DNA from: Thermoproteota archaeon
GTDB taxonomy: Archaea; Thermoproteota; Thermoprotei_A; EX4484-217-1; JAPDJV01
Direction: 5' to 3'
DNA length: 64,000 bases
Assembly (NCBI GenBank): GCA_029258925.1
Contig: JAPDJV010000010.1
Span: forward strand, 32,126-96,125
The position numbers were made by a program, and so were the translations under genes. Positions 20,972-30,830 of the stretch are shown here, one piece after another. The first letter of the stretch is position 1. Each line of letters opens with the position of its first letter. The notes below the pieces were generated by a model that worked only from the letters and a program-made list of their open reading frames with translations, was not told where the DNA came from and searched no databases.

Positions 20972-21481
20972 TCAGCACACCATTATAGCTTCACATGTTT
21001 CCCGGAACTTTTAGGAGAAGCCTAAAATTAAAGGTTAACTATTCGTCTCGGAATTGCTAGTGTGGTGTTGATCCATGTAGAGCAGCGTACTCGAAAAACT
21101 TAGCCGTGTGGATACTTGTAATGCAGTATCATCTCCTCACCTAAGCATAATAATGCTTTCAAGAATCCCGGTGATTCAAGAATTAATATTGTGGAAAGCT
21201 CCATGTTCCAATACGCCTATACGGAGGGGAAGCGCGTAGCTTTTAATGTCGTATGATGTTTTAAACATGTCAGTGTTCACGGCACTTGCAGGTATTTAGC
21301 GATAGCGATACTGTAGCTTAGGTTAGAACAACTGTTTGACTGTGAAAAATTGTTCAGCCCTCAAACACTAGCCGTGGAGTTATGGTGTGGAGAACACTTT
21401 AATTCTTAAAGTTCAATTATAAGTTAGAAGCTAGTAGCAAATCCTTGATTCCGGCTTTAACGTGAGATGACATAGTAGTAA

Positions 21482-21928
21482 ATGTTTGGGATGGTGGATG
21501 TTTTGAGCGGTAAAGCTGTGGAGAAGTTGAAGAGGAGGTCACGGGTTTTCTTGAGGGAGGCTAGGAGGCTTCTTGAGGAGGGCGAGTACGATTTAGCTTG
21601 TTTCAATGCTGAACAGGCACTTCAGCTCTTCGTGAAATCTACTGTTCTCCGCTTACTAGGCGAGGAGATAAGGGGGCATGGTGTGAGGAGTATTTTAGGC
21701 TACCTGGCTGGGAGGCTTAGGGAGATGAACTACAGGGAATTAGCTGAGAGAATTGCTAAGACAGTTAGCGATTGTAGGTATGGTTTAGTGTTGCTTGAGG
21801 ACGCATATGTTGATGCTAGATATGGTTTGAGAAGTTTCAGCGAGGAGGAAGCTAGGGAGGCTATTAGGATTGTTGAGGAATTTATAAGATTGCTGGAGGA
21901 TGTTGAGGAAAATGTGTGGATGGGCTAG
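21482..21928 (+). CDS. HEPN-domain protein of a HEPN-MNT module
   Basis: Carries EYDLACFNAEQALQLFVKS..HGV..IL and DARYGLRSFSEEEAREAIRIVEEF. The 3' end overlaps the MNT start by 29 nt. Confidence 0.8.
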   Translation: MFGMVDVLSGKAVEKLKRRSRVFLREARRLLEEGEYDLACFNAEQALQLFVKSTVLRLLGEEIRGHGVRSILGYLAGRLREMNYRELAERIAKTVSDCRYGLVLLEDAYVDARYGLRSFSEEEAREAIRIVEEFIRLLEDVEENVWMG

Positions 21929-22256
21929 GTATAAAATTGAATACCTTAAAAATTGGAGGAGGTACGTGCAGACACTGGCTGAAGCAGTTAAAAGTGTTAT
22001 TCCCGGCTCGGAGACCTATGTTTTCGGTGGAGCAGCTGAAAACAGGTTGACTGTTTTAAGCGATATAGATGTACTGGTTATTATAGACAAGTACTTAACA
22101 GACCGGGAGAAGAGGAGGGTGAAGAAAAGTATATTAGATGAGGCGTCCCGCCGTGGACTCCCATGGGATTACCCTGTTGAAATCCACGTAGTCTCCAGAG
22201 AAGAGTCGAAGAAGTATTTCAAGTATTCAGGGAAGCTCATAAAAATAAGGGCTTAA
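21900..22256 (+). CDS. minimal nucleotidyltransferase (MNT)
   Basis: Carries the NTase motif GGAAENRLTVLSDIDVLVII. Confidence 0.85.
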   Translation: MLRKMCGWARYKIEYLKNWRRYVQTLAEAVKSVIPGSETYVFGGAAENRLTVLSDIDVLVIIDKYLTDREKRRVKKSILDEASRRGLPWDYPVEIHVVSREESKKYFKYSGKLIKIRA

Positions 22257-22348
22257 CTTAAGAATTATTATAGAATATCACGTACGAGTTTAGATAAAAT
22301 AACATATTACCTTGCTTTAAGAAGTATTATTCGGAGAGGCGACGTGTT

Positions 22349-22723
22349 TTGGGTGAGTGGAGTAAATATATTATTGAGATAGGTTTTGGGACAGAACACC
22401 TTGGCGAGGACCCTAATATAGCTGTTTTAAGAGCTGTGGAGTTCGCTATGAACGGAGTATGTATTCCCGGTCTCTACGAAATGTTCGATTATGATCCTGA
22501 GAAAATAAAGAAGAATACTAGGGTTGAAGTATTAGTTGGAACCCCATACCCCGAGAAAGTCGATGTGGAGAGAGTTAAGAAGGCTATACCTTTAGACTGC
22601 GAGAAAGTTGTTAAAATAGTTGAGGGAGGATTGCTGGGGGAAGGTGTTGTATCGGAGGAGCACAATATTAAGAGGAATATTATTGTTTCAAATGCCTTCA
22701 TAACAGTATATGTTAGAAAATAG
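22349..22723 (+). CDS. hypothetical soluble protein (124 aa)
   Basis: Intact ORF immediately upstream of, and co-oriented with, the DUF401 membrane protein. Confidence 0.45.
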   Translation: MGEWSKYIIEIGFGTEHLGEDPNIAVLRAVEFAMNGVCIPGLYEMFDYDPEKIKKNTRVEVLVGTPYPEKVDVERVKKAIPLDCEKVVKIVEGGLLGEGVVSEEHNIKRNIIVSNAFITVYVRK

Positions 22724-22878
22724 GAAAGATTAATCAAATATTTCATAACTCTTTTTAATTTTAACTTGAAGCCGCTGGTTTGATCGAATTGTTGACTAGA
22801 ATGATGGTAATGTTTAATGCCTGCAATAGCGTTTCATTAAAATACTTCTAGAGTACTCTGTTTAGCTGGTGCCATGTA

Positions 22879-24108
22879 TTGAGTCTGCTTGCCCCTATTG
22901 TGGGATTTACCGTCCTCGTAGTACTCCTAGTTCTACGCATTCCAATATGGATTGTAATATTTTTGTCTGCTCTAGTGATGGCTTTCATGGCCGGGGGCAT
23001 TGAGCTAGTTTCCAGGATTTTAATAGAGACTTCTCTTAACAAGTCAACAATAGATCTTGTTGTGATAACTTTTTTAATAGTATTCTTCGTGAACCTCTAC
23101 AAGGAGAGTGGTCTCTTAGAGGGTTTGGGAAACGAGCTTGTTAAACTTTTCAGGAAGCCTGTACTCGTGGTAACACTTACTCCTGCAATACTTGGATTCC
23201 TACCTATTCCAGGCGGGGCGCTTATGTCTGCTCCAATAGTGGACGTTGTTGGAGACTCCATGGGTCTCAGGAGGAATAGGAAGCTGTTCTTCAATGTGTG
23301 GTTCCGCCACATAATATTCCTAGTATATCCTCTAAGCACGACCATAATTATTGCATCCGGCCTTGCAGGCGTAGATCTTTGGAGTTTGATAGTTTGGCAA
23401 ACACCTGCAGTTTTCATAATGATCGTGGTGGGAATCCTCATGGGATTGCCTAAGGGTTCTAGAGGTGGAGAGAAAAGCTTAAAGACAGAGTCTTTAAATG
23501 CTGGACTGCTTATTAGAGGACTCATGCCCATAATTGTTTCAATAATTTTGGCAGTAATCTTATCTCCCCTAATAGATAACGTTTTCCCACTTCCCATAGA
23601 AAGATTATCTATGATTATAGGTGTTCTAATTGGCATAATTATTCTCATAGTGCTGTCGAATCCTAGTGCAGAGAACTTGTTGAAGGCACTTATTTCAGGA
23701 ATGCTTGTTGAAATAGTTTTAGCAGCATATGGGGCAATGTTTTTGAAAGATGCTTTTAACGCATGCGGAGCATCCGATGCTATAGGAGGGCTTGTAGGCG
23801 ACATGAATCCTACATTACTTTTAGCTATACTGCCATTCATACTCGCCTTCATAACGGGGTCTCCTCTAAGCAGCATAGTTTTATCAATCCCCCTCCTCCA
23901 GCCAATAATATCTATGGATGCCCGTGAAACGTCGATTACATATATATCGGCTCTCCTAGGCTACATACCGTCTCCACTACACTTATGCTACATTTACAGT
24001 GCATCCTATTTCGAGACTACATTAACTAAGGGTTACAGGTATATGCTTCCCGCAACAATATTAACCATGATCATAGTATTGGGAATATACACCATACCAA
24101 TATTCTAA
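22879..24108 (+). CDS. DUF401-family polytopic membrane protein (putative permease)
   Basis: 409 aa with 10 or more TM helices, with composition and blocks resembling DUF401. The antisense ORF 23097-23876 is rejected. Confidence 0.6.
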   Translation: MSLLAPIVGFTVLVVLLVLRIPIWIVIFLSALVMAFMAGGIELVSRILIETSLNKSTIDLVVITFLIVFFVNLYKESGLLEGLGNELVKLFRKPVLVVTLTPAILGFLPIPGGALMSAPIVDVVGDSMGLRRNRKLFFNVWFRHIIFLVYPLSTTIIIASGLAGVDLWSLIVWQTPAVFIMIVVGILMGLPKGSRGGEKSLKTESLNAGLLIRGLMPIIVSIILAVILSPLIDNVFPLPIERLSMIIGVLIGIIILIVLSNPSAENLLKALISGMLVEIVLAAYGAMFLKDAFNACGASDAIGGLVGDMNPTLLLAILPFILAFITGSPLSSIVLSIPLLQPIISMDARETSITYISALLGYIPSPLHLCYIYSASYFETTLTKGYRYMLPATILTMIIVLGIYTIPIF

Positions 24109-24184
24109 GCAAATTACATGGAATATTTTATTCGAAGACTTCATAGACGCATTATATGAGGAAAGTTCTACGTAGAATATTGGA

Positions 24185-25018
24185 CTAGCTGAATCTAATA
24201 GTCTCGTCAGAAAATTCTTTACAACTAGTTCTCCTAACTATTTTAGCACCCTTCTCAGCAAGTCTCTTCATAAGCTCTCTAACAGCATTTTCAACGCTTT
24301 CTTCAGCCATATTCCTGTCTTCACCATAAGATATTACATGGTATATTATCTTCGAGACTTCTTCCCATCCCCTCGGATGACTCTTAATGTATACTCTGGG
24401 ATCCCTCTTCATAATAGACTCTATTATCGGTGCTCCAGTAGACTCGGTTACTCCCTCAACGTAAACGAATGCTTCAGCATATCCTCTCATAGGAGCACTA
24501 GCCATTATTATTGGTTCGATTACTTTCTCGAAAATGCTCTTTACTTCACGTGGAACACCTGGCAACACGAATATTGTTGTTTCACCAAGTTTAATGTAAA
24601 ATCCTGGAGCTATGCCTGCTGGATTAAACAGTGGAATAGCTCTCTCCGGGATCATAGCCATTCTACTCCTGGATTCTGTGAATTCTAATCCCAACTCCAA
24701 ACATTTCTCCTTAACCATTTCAAGAGCCTCCCCATTCAACACAAGTCTTCTTCCAAGGGCTTCAGCCACCGCCTCCCTTGTTACATCGTCAAATGTTGGA
24801 CCCAGTCCACCTGTCACAACAATCAGCCTAGGGTTCCTAGCCAACGATTCTCTTAGAGCTGAAGCAATGTCATTAATATGGTCGCCGACAACGGTAATCC
24901 TCTTAACCTCAAATCCTAAGAGCGTAAGCTTCCTACAAATCCATGAAGCATTAGTGTTAACGACAATTCCAGATAAAAGCTCATTTCCCACATTCAATAC
25001 TTCAGCGAAAGGCTCCAT
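24185..25018 (-). CDS. MoaB/MogA/CinA-like molybdopterin-binding domain protein
   Basis: Carries EVLNVGNELLSG.VVNTN and LIVVTGGLGPTFDDVTREAVAEALG, the MoCF_biosynth fold. The likely start is MEPFAEV, 13 codons inside the tracked ORF. Confidence 0.7.
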   Translation of the reverse strand: MEPFAEVLNVGNELLSGIVVNTNASWICRKLTLLGFEVKRITVVGDHINDIASALRESLARNPRLIVVTGGLGPTFDDVTREAVAEALGRRLVLNGEALEMVKEKCLELGLEFTESRSRMAMIPERAIPLFNPAGIAPGFYIKLGETTIFVLPGVPREVKSIFEKVIEPIIMASAPMRGYAEAFVYVEGVTESTGAPIIESIMKRDPRVYIKSHPRGWEEVSKIIYHVISYGEDRNMAEESVENAVRELMKRLAEKGAKIVRRTSCKEFSDETIRFS

Positions 25019-25209
25019 TATACACCACCGAGAACATATAGTATTTAGACTGTACAAAATATTATCTCCTCTACAATCATTTGCCCGCCACGGAGATAAT
25101 AGCCGCTGTTAATGCACTGATAAAATATAAACATATTATGGTAGCTGGCCACGTTTGAACTTTAAAGGACTTATATGTGATCAGCATAATATATTATCGG
25201 TGAATAACT

Positions 25210-25548
25210 GTGTCGCATAAAGAGGAGAAACGTGGACTCAGCGATGTGGAGGAGCTTAGAGGAGTTTTAAATACTATTAGCGATTTCCTAAAGGGTCTAG
25301 GGCCTCTGCTCAGCGGACTAATAAGAGAGGTCATGGATAGTTTGAGCGGTGAGAAAATAGGGGAAAACGTGGCTACCTTCTACAGGAAGCTCAAGGAATC
25401 CGAGATGCCCGATGATGTAGTAACTGAGCTTACGAGGAAATATTATGAGGACCTTATGATACTTGACAAACTAGTTGAGCAGTTCACAAAGAGGATATCT
25501 GAGGGTAAAACCAAGGCCGTGTTCAAGCTTGGTGAGGAAGAAGAGTAA
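25210..25548 (+). CDS. hypothetical acidic helical protein (112 aa)
   Basis: Intact ORF with no motif. Confidence 0.4.
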   Translation: MSHKEEKRGLSDVEELRGVLNTISDFLKGLGPLLSGLIREVMDSLSGEKIGENVATFYRKLKESEMPDDVVTELTRKYYEDLMILDKLVEQFTKRISEGKTKAVFKLGEEEE

Positions 25549-25613
25549 AACCACACACCTTTTCATCTCTCAAACCACTATAAGCTTTAAGGCCTCATCA
25601 GAGGAATGCCATC

Positions 25614-26057
25614 TTGGAGGAGTTTGAGAACAGACTTAGGAGACTTGAAGAGTTACTGAGGGAGGTCGTGGCTAGACTTGAGAAACTAGAACGCCTTCTC
25701 TCCCCCAGCGAAGCCCGTGAAGAACTTAAAACTGTGATTAGTTTATTAGGGCTTGGACTGGCTCCTGCAAGCAAGGTGCTAGAGTCATCTAGGAGAGCGC
25801 TGACAGCCTTGAGAAGAATTAGAATTGTTGGACTATATGATGACATTACGAGGGCTATAGTTGAAGTGCTAGCAGCTCACCCTGAAGGCCTTAGTGTAGC
25901 AGAGCTTACAAGGAGGATTAGAGAGGTCAGAGGTAGAGCCTCCCGTAGGATTATAGCTGAAAGAGTGAGAAAGCTGCGGGAAAAGGGAGTCGTGGAGGCC
26001 GTTGGAGCTGGGCGTGATAGAAGGATTAGGCTTAGGTGTGTAGGCGGTGAAGACTAG
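25614..26057 (+). CDS. coiled-coil plus winged-helix (MarR/ArsR-like) DNA-binding protein
   Basis: N-terminal heptad-like LRRLEELLREVVARLEKLERLL and a C-terminal wHTH (ILAAHPEGLSVAELTRRI...LREKGVVEAVG). Confidence 0.5.
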   Translation: MEEFENRLRRLEELLREVVARLEKLERLLSPSEAREELKTVISLLGLGLAPASKVLESSRRALTALRRIRIVGLYDDITRAIVEVLAAHPEGLSVAELTRRIREVRGRASRRIIAERVRKLREKGVVEAVGAGRDRRIRLRCVGGED

Positions 26058-26325
26058 AAGACTACTAAGGCTTATCGCAACCCTCCTACACCTCGCCATA
26101 ATCTTTCTGATCGCAAGCATTAGAATATCTCTCTCAACCCTCACTTTAAGACTCAGATTGTGGAGGCATAAGAGGAGGCTTAGAGGAAAACTAGTCAAGG
26201 CAGGGCTGCCTAGAAAGCTAGCTGACGATATATCCTCAGACTATGCTGAGAGAATGATGAAAATGAGTAATCCTCTATCCATAAACTTCCTTAGAAGAGT
26301 CTTAAGGGAGGCTAGGGGGCACTAG
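26047..26325 (+). CDS. small basic membrane protein (92 aa)
   Basis: One TM segment (LIATLLHLAIIFLIASI) followed by an Arg/Lys-rich tail. Confidence 0.35.
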   Translation: MKTRRLLRLIATLLHLAIIFLIASIRISLSTLTLRLRLWRHKRRLRGKLVKAGLPRKLADDISSDYAERMMKMSNPLSINFLRRVLREARGH

Positions 26326-26905
26326 ATAACATTATCAAGTAAAGCCTATTCAGATAGTTGACTAGTAGTCGCCTTAACCCTCCTAGTCACCCTTGATTGC
26401 TAGATTAAAACCGTTAAGCTGAATCATTGGAAAATTGCTGTCGTCTCAATATGCAATACATGTCGTTAACGTAAATTTAATGTACGTATTTAAAAATTTA
26501 TGAAGGTCTTCACCGAGGTTTCCAGTAAACTCTTCAAGCATTGTGAGTGAAATGTGGATAATAGGTTTCAGCCAGCCTAAGCCAGCATACTTCCCACAAT
26601 AACCACATTTAACCCACTATACTTATGAGCTACTGGCTAACCTCTATGGCGACCTCCATTATATCTGGATGTACAATCCACTATATTAAGCTATTGTTTA
26701 AATGAAAGCATGTATTCTTTAAATATAGCTTAAACTAAGCAATTATCTAGTTTTAAATACAATTATTATTGAAGCAAAGCGCCTAGAGATCAAGTGTCGC
26801 CTAAACTACTTCACCAAAACATTAATTCTATTCTCTTCACATATAAGGATTTCAGAGCCACTAAATCCCTCCGACTCCCTTATATGTGGGTTTAATGATT
26901 AAGTT

Positions 26906-27139
26906 GTGGGAGAAGAGGTGCAACGTAAGCTTTCATACAGTGAGGTCAAGGAGTTTTCACGGAGGCTTCGCAGAGAGGTTTTCAAGAAAATTTTATCGCT
27001 GAGGAAGAAGCCTAGATCCACTAGGAGGAGTATTGAGGAGTCTTTAAGGCTGGGGGAGACAGCTATTTTTGCAACTAGACTATATGTCGAGGTGGTTTCT
27101 TGGAGGAGAGAGAGGAGAGAGCTAAGGTTGAGAGTATAG
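26906..27139 (+). CDS. small Arg-rich protein (77 aa, GTG start), putative partner/antitoxin-like protein of the downstream NTase
   Basis: Highly basic (RRLRREVFKKILSLRKKPRSTRRS). Its 3' end overlaps the next gene by 40 nt, and a perfect 11-bp inverted repeat lies just upstream. Confidence 0.4.
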   Translation: MGEEVQRKLSYSEVKEFSRRLRREVFKKILSLRKKPRSTRRSIEESLRLGETAIFATRLYVEVVSWRRERRELRLRV

Positions 27140-27723
27140 TTAAAAGATTGTATGAGGAGTTTGTAGGTAATATTCTGGGAAGACTTGGAAGCATTGCTGA
27201 TGAAACTAAGAGATATCTCGTATTCCTGTCATGGCTTAATAGTAGGCTTGAAGAGGAGGGGTTGGGGAGGATAATAGTTACTGGAGGCTTTGCTGTCGAA
27301 GTTTACACTGGTAGAACTCATAGGACTCTTGATGTGGATATTATCGTTGAGGGTGAAGATGCTTCGAGAATTGTCGAAGATTTTCTAAGATTGTTCTCTG
27401 AGAAAGTGGGTAGAGGTTATCTTCCATATTATGAGGCTCTAACAGTAAAGTCAATAGATGTTGTCTCAACAAAGTACTCTAGGATTATTCAGCCAACAAT
27501 ATTGGATGTTGACGGGAGACGAATTTACCTTGATCCACCCGAAGAACTCATAGTAACTTACCTAGCTGGATGGAAGTTCTGGGATTCAAGTGAAGACAGA
27601 GATAAAGCGTTATGGTTGTACATAGTGTGGAGCAATAAGCTAGATAAGAAAATTCTGGGGAAGCTTGCTGACTTGAGAGATGTTTACGATAAACTTGTTG
27701 AGCTAGAAGAATTAGTGAAGTAA
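27100..27723 (+). CDS. nucleotidyltransferase-fold protein (DUF6036/AbiEii-like NTase)
   Basis: Carries RIIVTGGFAVEVYTGRTHRTLDVDIIVEGED, matching the hG[GS]...DhDh NTase motif with a helical C-terminal domain. It starts at the TTG at 27100. Confidence 0.55.
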   Translation: MEEREERAKVESIVKRLYEEFVGNILGRLGSIADETKRYLVFLSWLNSRLEEEGLGRIIVTGGFAVEVYTGRTHRTLDVDIIVEGEDASRIVEDFLRLFSEKVGRGYLPYYEALTVKSIDVVSTKYSRIIQPTILDVDGRRIYLDPPEELIVTYLAGWKFWDSSEDRDKALWLYIVWSNKLDKKILGKLADLRDVYDKLVELEELVK

Positions 27724-28003
27724 CGGTTCTGAAACGATTCCGAGAAACGAATACAGTTGACTCCTCAAAATATTATAGAGAACGAGCTTTCACTTTAAGA
27801 AATATTGAATCCACGGAACATTTTAATTCAGTCCCGGAAAATATTCAATGATTGTTGAAGAATAGCTGGTCATGTATGTAAAAAATTTGCTTCAGATATG
27901 GGAGCAGGTTTGCAAGGGATAGACTGCGAATTCCTTATGCGGTATAAACGTAATATAGTTGAAACCTGTAAACTACATATTGATGTACTAGTTGGTGTAT
28001 TAA

Positions 28004-30826
28004 TTGATTGCGCTAGACGGCCTACACCCCCATGTTAGGAGGCTTTGGGTTGCTAGAGGATTTAAGGAGCCCACACCCCCGCAGGCTGAAGCTTTCCCCC
28101 GTATTCTTGCAGGAGAGAATGTTTTAATCGTTGCCCCGACTGGTACTGGGAAGACTGAAGCAGCTTTCCTCCCAATACTCTCAATGCTTTTAGGGGAGGG
28201 TAGCAATGGGATTAAAGCAGTATATGTAACACCTTTGAGAACACTTAACAGGGATATCTTGGATAGGCTTAAATGGTGGTCTCTGAAACTAGATTTACGG
28301 ATAGCTGTTAGACACGGTGACACGTCTACTTCTGAGAGGAGGATTCAAGCCCTCAAGCCGCCAGACATATTGATAACTACTCCTGAAACATTTCAGCTAC
28401 TCCTAGTTGGAGGAGTATTGAGGCAACACTTATCCGCATTGAAGTGGATTATCGTCGACGAAGTCCATGAGATTGCTGACAGTAAGAGAGGAGTCCAGCT
28501 TACAATATTGTTGGAGAAGGCTAGGAGGATTGCTGGCCGAGAATTCCAGCTAATTGGATTATCTGCTACGGTAGGTAATCCAGGTGAAGTAGCGGAGTTC
28601 ATTGTTGGATCTGGGAGGAAGTGCAGCGTAATCTATACTCCCGTGTCCAAAATGATTGAAGTAGACGTCATCTGGCCCGATGAAATATTTGAGGACAGTG
28701 CTTTAGCTGAGAAATTGATGGTTACTAGGGAAGTAGCCTCACGTCTCCGCTACATTAAGAGTGCATTGAGTAAATACAGGAGTATTCTGGTATTTTCGAA
28801 TACTAGACCCACGGCGGAGATGATTGGTAGCAGACTTAAGTTATGGGACATTGACTTGCCAGTTCACGTTCACCATGGAAGCCTGTCCCAGGTTGAGAGA
28901 ATTAGGATTGAGGAAATGCTTAGGGAGGGCAGTATTAAGGGTGTTATCTGCACTTCCTCGATGGAGCTGGGCATAGACATAGGCTACGTAGACTTCGTAA
29001 TCCAATACAATTCCCCCAGAGAGGTTAAGAGACTTATCCAGAGAGTTGGGCGGTCAGGCCATGGGATTGGGAGAGTGAGTAGGGGCGTTGTTCTAGTTGG
29101 AGACAGCGATAATGCTCTGGAAGCAATAGTTCTAGTAAACCTATTGAAGCGAGAACAAGTTGAACCATCTAAGTATCCCCCTAAACCCCTAGACGTATTG
29201 GCTCATGAAATAATAGGCTTCGCCGTCTCCGGAAAATACACTTTAGATGAAGTATACGAGTTGGTGAAGAAAGCAGTTCCATACAGGGATCTAGATAGGG
29301 ATGAATTCAATGTTCTCGTAGAATTCTTATCTAGTATAGGACTACTAAGCGTGATCGGAGGCTACGTGAGGCCTGCAGGTAAGAGGACGTACGATTACTT
29401 CTTCAAAACGCTGTCAATGATACCGGAAGTCAGACAGTATTATGTTGTCGACAGGGAGGAAAAAATTGTCGTAGGTCTCCTAGACGACTTCTTCGTTTCA
29501 GAATACTGTGAGCCCGGGGCAAGATTCATCATGGCTGGGAGACCCTGGGAAGTACTATCTCTAACAGAGAAAACAGTTTACGTTAAGCCCGTGGAAGACT
29601 ATAGGAGTGCCATACCTAGTTGGATAGGAGAGGAAATACCTGTATCATATGATGTGGCGCAGGAAGTGGGCAGGATTAGGGGTCTAGTAGAGGAGATGGC
29701 TAAGAGCGGTTTAAGCCTTAGTGAAGTAGTTGAAACATTGTCTGCGAAGTACGGTGCAAACGAGGATACTTTAAGGAAAGCTATTTTAAACGTATACTAT
29801 ATGGTCTCGAAGGGAACCCCTGTTCCAACAGATAGGCGAATAATAGTGGAAGATGCTGGAGACAACATCATAATTGTACACGCACACTTCGGTAACAAAG
29901 TCAATAGAGTTCTCGGAAAATATCTCTCCCACACTCTAGCAGGAATCCTCGGCATACCAGTATACGTAGCGGAGAAGCCGTATAGAATTATTTTGAGAGC
30001 CGAAGGCTTGTGCTCGGAGGATGTTGAATACGTTCTAAGAGACCTGACTGTCGAAGAGTTTAAGAAGAAAGTTTATAGAGCAGTTGAGGAGAGCAGGGGG
30101 TTCAGGTGGAGACTTCAACAAGTAGCTAGGAGAATGGGGGTCATTGAACCGGAGAAAACTCTTAGCAGGGCTGACCTTGAAAATCTCGTTCTATACCTTA
30201 AAGATACGCCCCCATATTTGGAAGCGTTAAAGGAAGTACTATACAAGGATATGGATATGGAGAGAGCTTTAAGTGTTGTAGAAATGCTGGAGAGAGAGGA
30301 GGTCGAAGTTAAGAGTATTAGAGGACCCACAAAGCTTACCTTAGAGTACTTCAAGTTCCTAGGAGGATACATGGAGCCAAGGCTTCCGGAGAAGAGGGAT
30401 ATAATCTCTCATATAATATTTAAAACAAGGATTCTATCCAACATAATTTCTCTCGGCTGCTTAGACTGCGGTAATGTGTGGAGTATCCAAGTATCCAAGT
30501 TGCTTGGGGGAATAGAGTGCCCCGTGTGCTTCTCTAAGAACATCGCGTTCGATGTTATTGGAGAAGAAGAGTTGAGTTCGCGGATTAGGAGGTGTAGAAG
30601 CCGTAAGAGGGGTAAGGGATGCAGAATTCTATGGGACAGCGTTAGGATGTTAAGGGAGCACGGGGTTGCCGCGGTATTGGCTAGAGCAGCTGGGTTCAGC
30701 TTCAGAGAAATACGTAGGATAGCACTACATTATTCAGGGGATGTCGACTCTTTTTTGAAGAAGCTTTGGGTTGAGAAGAAGAGGAAGATGCAGGAAGCCA
30801 TATTGTCCCGGTTGAGTGAAGCATAG
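28004..30826 (+). CDS. Lhr-type large superfamily-2 helicase (DEAD/DEAH box, COG1201) with C-terminal zinc ribbon
   Basis: Walker A APTGTGKTEAA, DEVH box IIVDEVHE, motif VI QRVGRSGH, and C-terminal CLDCGNVWS...CPVCF. Its length (940 aa) fits archaeal Lhr-like helicases. Confidence 0.8.
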   Translation: MIALDGLHPHVRRLWVARGFKEPTPPQAEAFPRILAGENVLIVAPTGTGKTEAAFLPILSMLLGEGSNGIKAVYVTPLRTLNRDILDRLKWWSLKLDLRIAVRHGDTSTSERRIQALKPPDILITTPETFQLLLVGGVLRQHLSALKWIIVDEVHEIADSKRGVQLTILLEKARRIAGREFQLIGLSATVGNPGEVAEFIVGSGRKCSVIYTPVSKMIEVDVIWPDEIFEDSALAEKLMVTREVASRLRYIKSALSKYRSILVFSNTRPTAEMIGSRLKLWDIDLPVHVHHGSLSQVERIRIEEMLREGSIKGVICTSSMELGIDIGYVDFVIQYNSPREVKRLIQRVGRSGHGIGRVSRGVVLVGDSDNALEAIVLVNLLKREQVEPSKYPPKPLDVLAHEIIGFAVSGKYTLDEVYELVKKAVPYRDLDRDEFNVLVEFLSSIGLLSVIGGYVRPAGKRTYDYFFKTLSMIPEVRQYYVVDREEKIVVGLLDDFFVSEYCEPGARFIMAGRPWEVLSLTEKTVYVKPVEDYRSAIPSWIGEEIPVSYDVAQEVGRIRGLVEEMAKSGLSLSEVVETLSAKYGANEDTLRKAILNVYYMVSKGTPVPTDRRIIVEDAGDNIIIVHAHFGNKVNRVLGKYLSHTLAGILGIPVYVAEKPYRIILRAEGLCSEDVEYVLRDLTVEEFKKKVYRAVEESRGFRWRLQQVARRMGVIEPEKTLSRADLENLVLYLKDTPPYLEALKEVLYKDMDMERALSVVEMLEREEVEVKSIRGPTKLTLEYFKFLGGYMEPRLPEKRDIISHIIFKTRILSNIISLGCLDCGNVWSIQVSKLLGGIECPVCFSKNIAFDVIGEEELSSRIRRCRSRKRGKGCRILWDSVRMLREHGVAAVLARAAGFSFREIRRIALHYSGDVDSFLKKLWVEKKRKMQEAILSRLSEA

Positions 30827-30830
30827 TATT

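Noticed and set aside
21230-21310. Possible C/D-box sRNA (AUGAUGU ... UCAGUG)
   Set aside because: The C-box is imperfect and no proper CUGA D or D-prime box or terminal stem is present.
23097-23876. 259-aa minus-strand ORF inside the DUF401 gene
   Set aside because: It is antisense to a strongly hydrophobic, motif-bearing membrane protein, and its translation is Ser/Pro/Ile-rich with no features.
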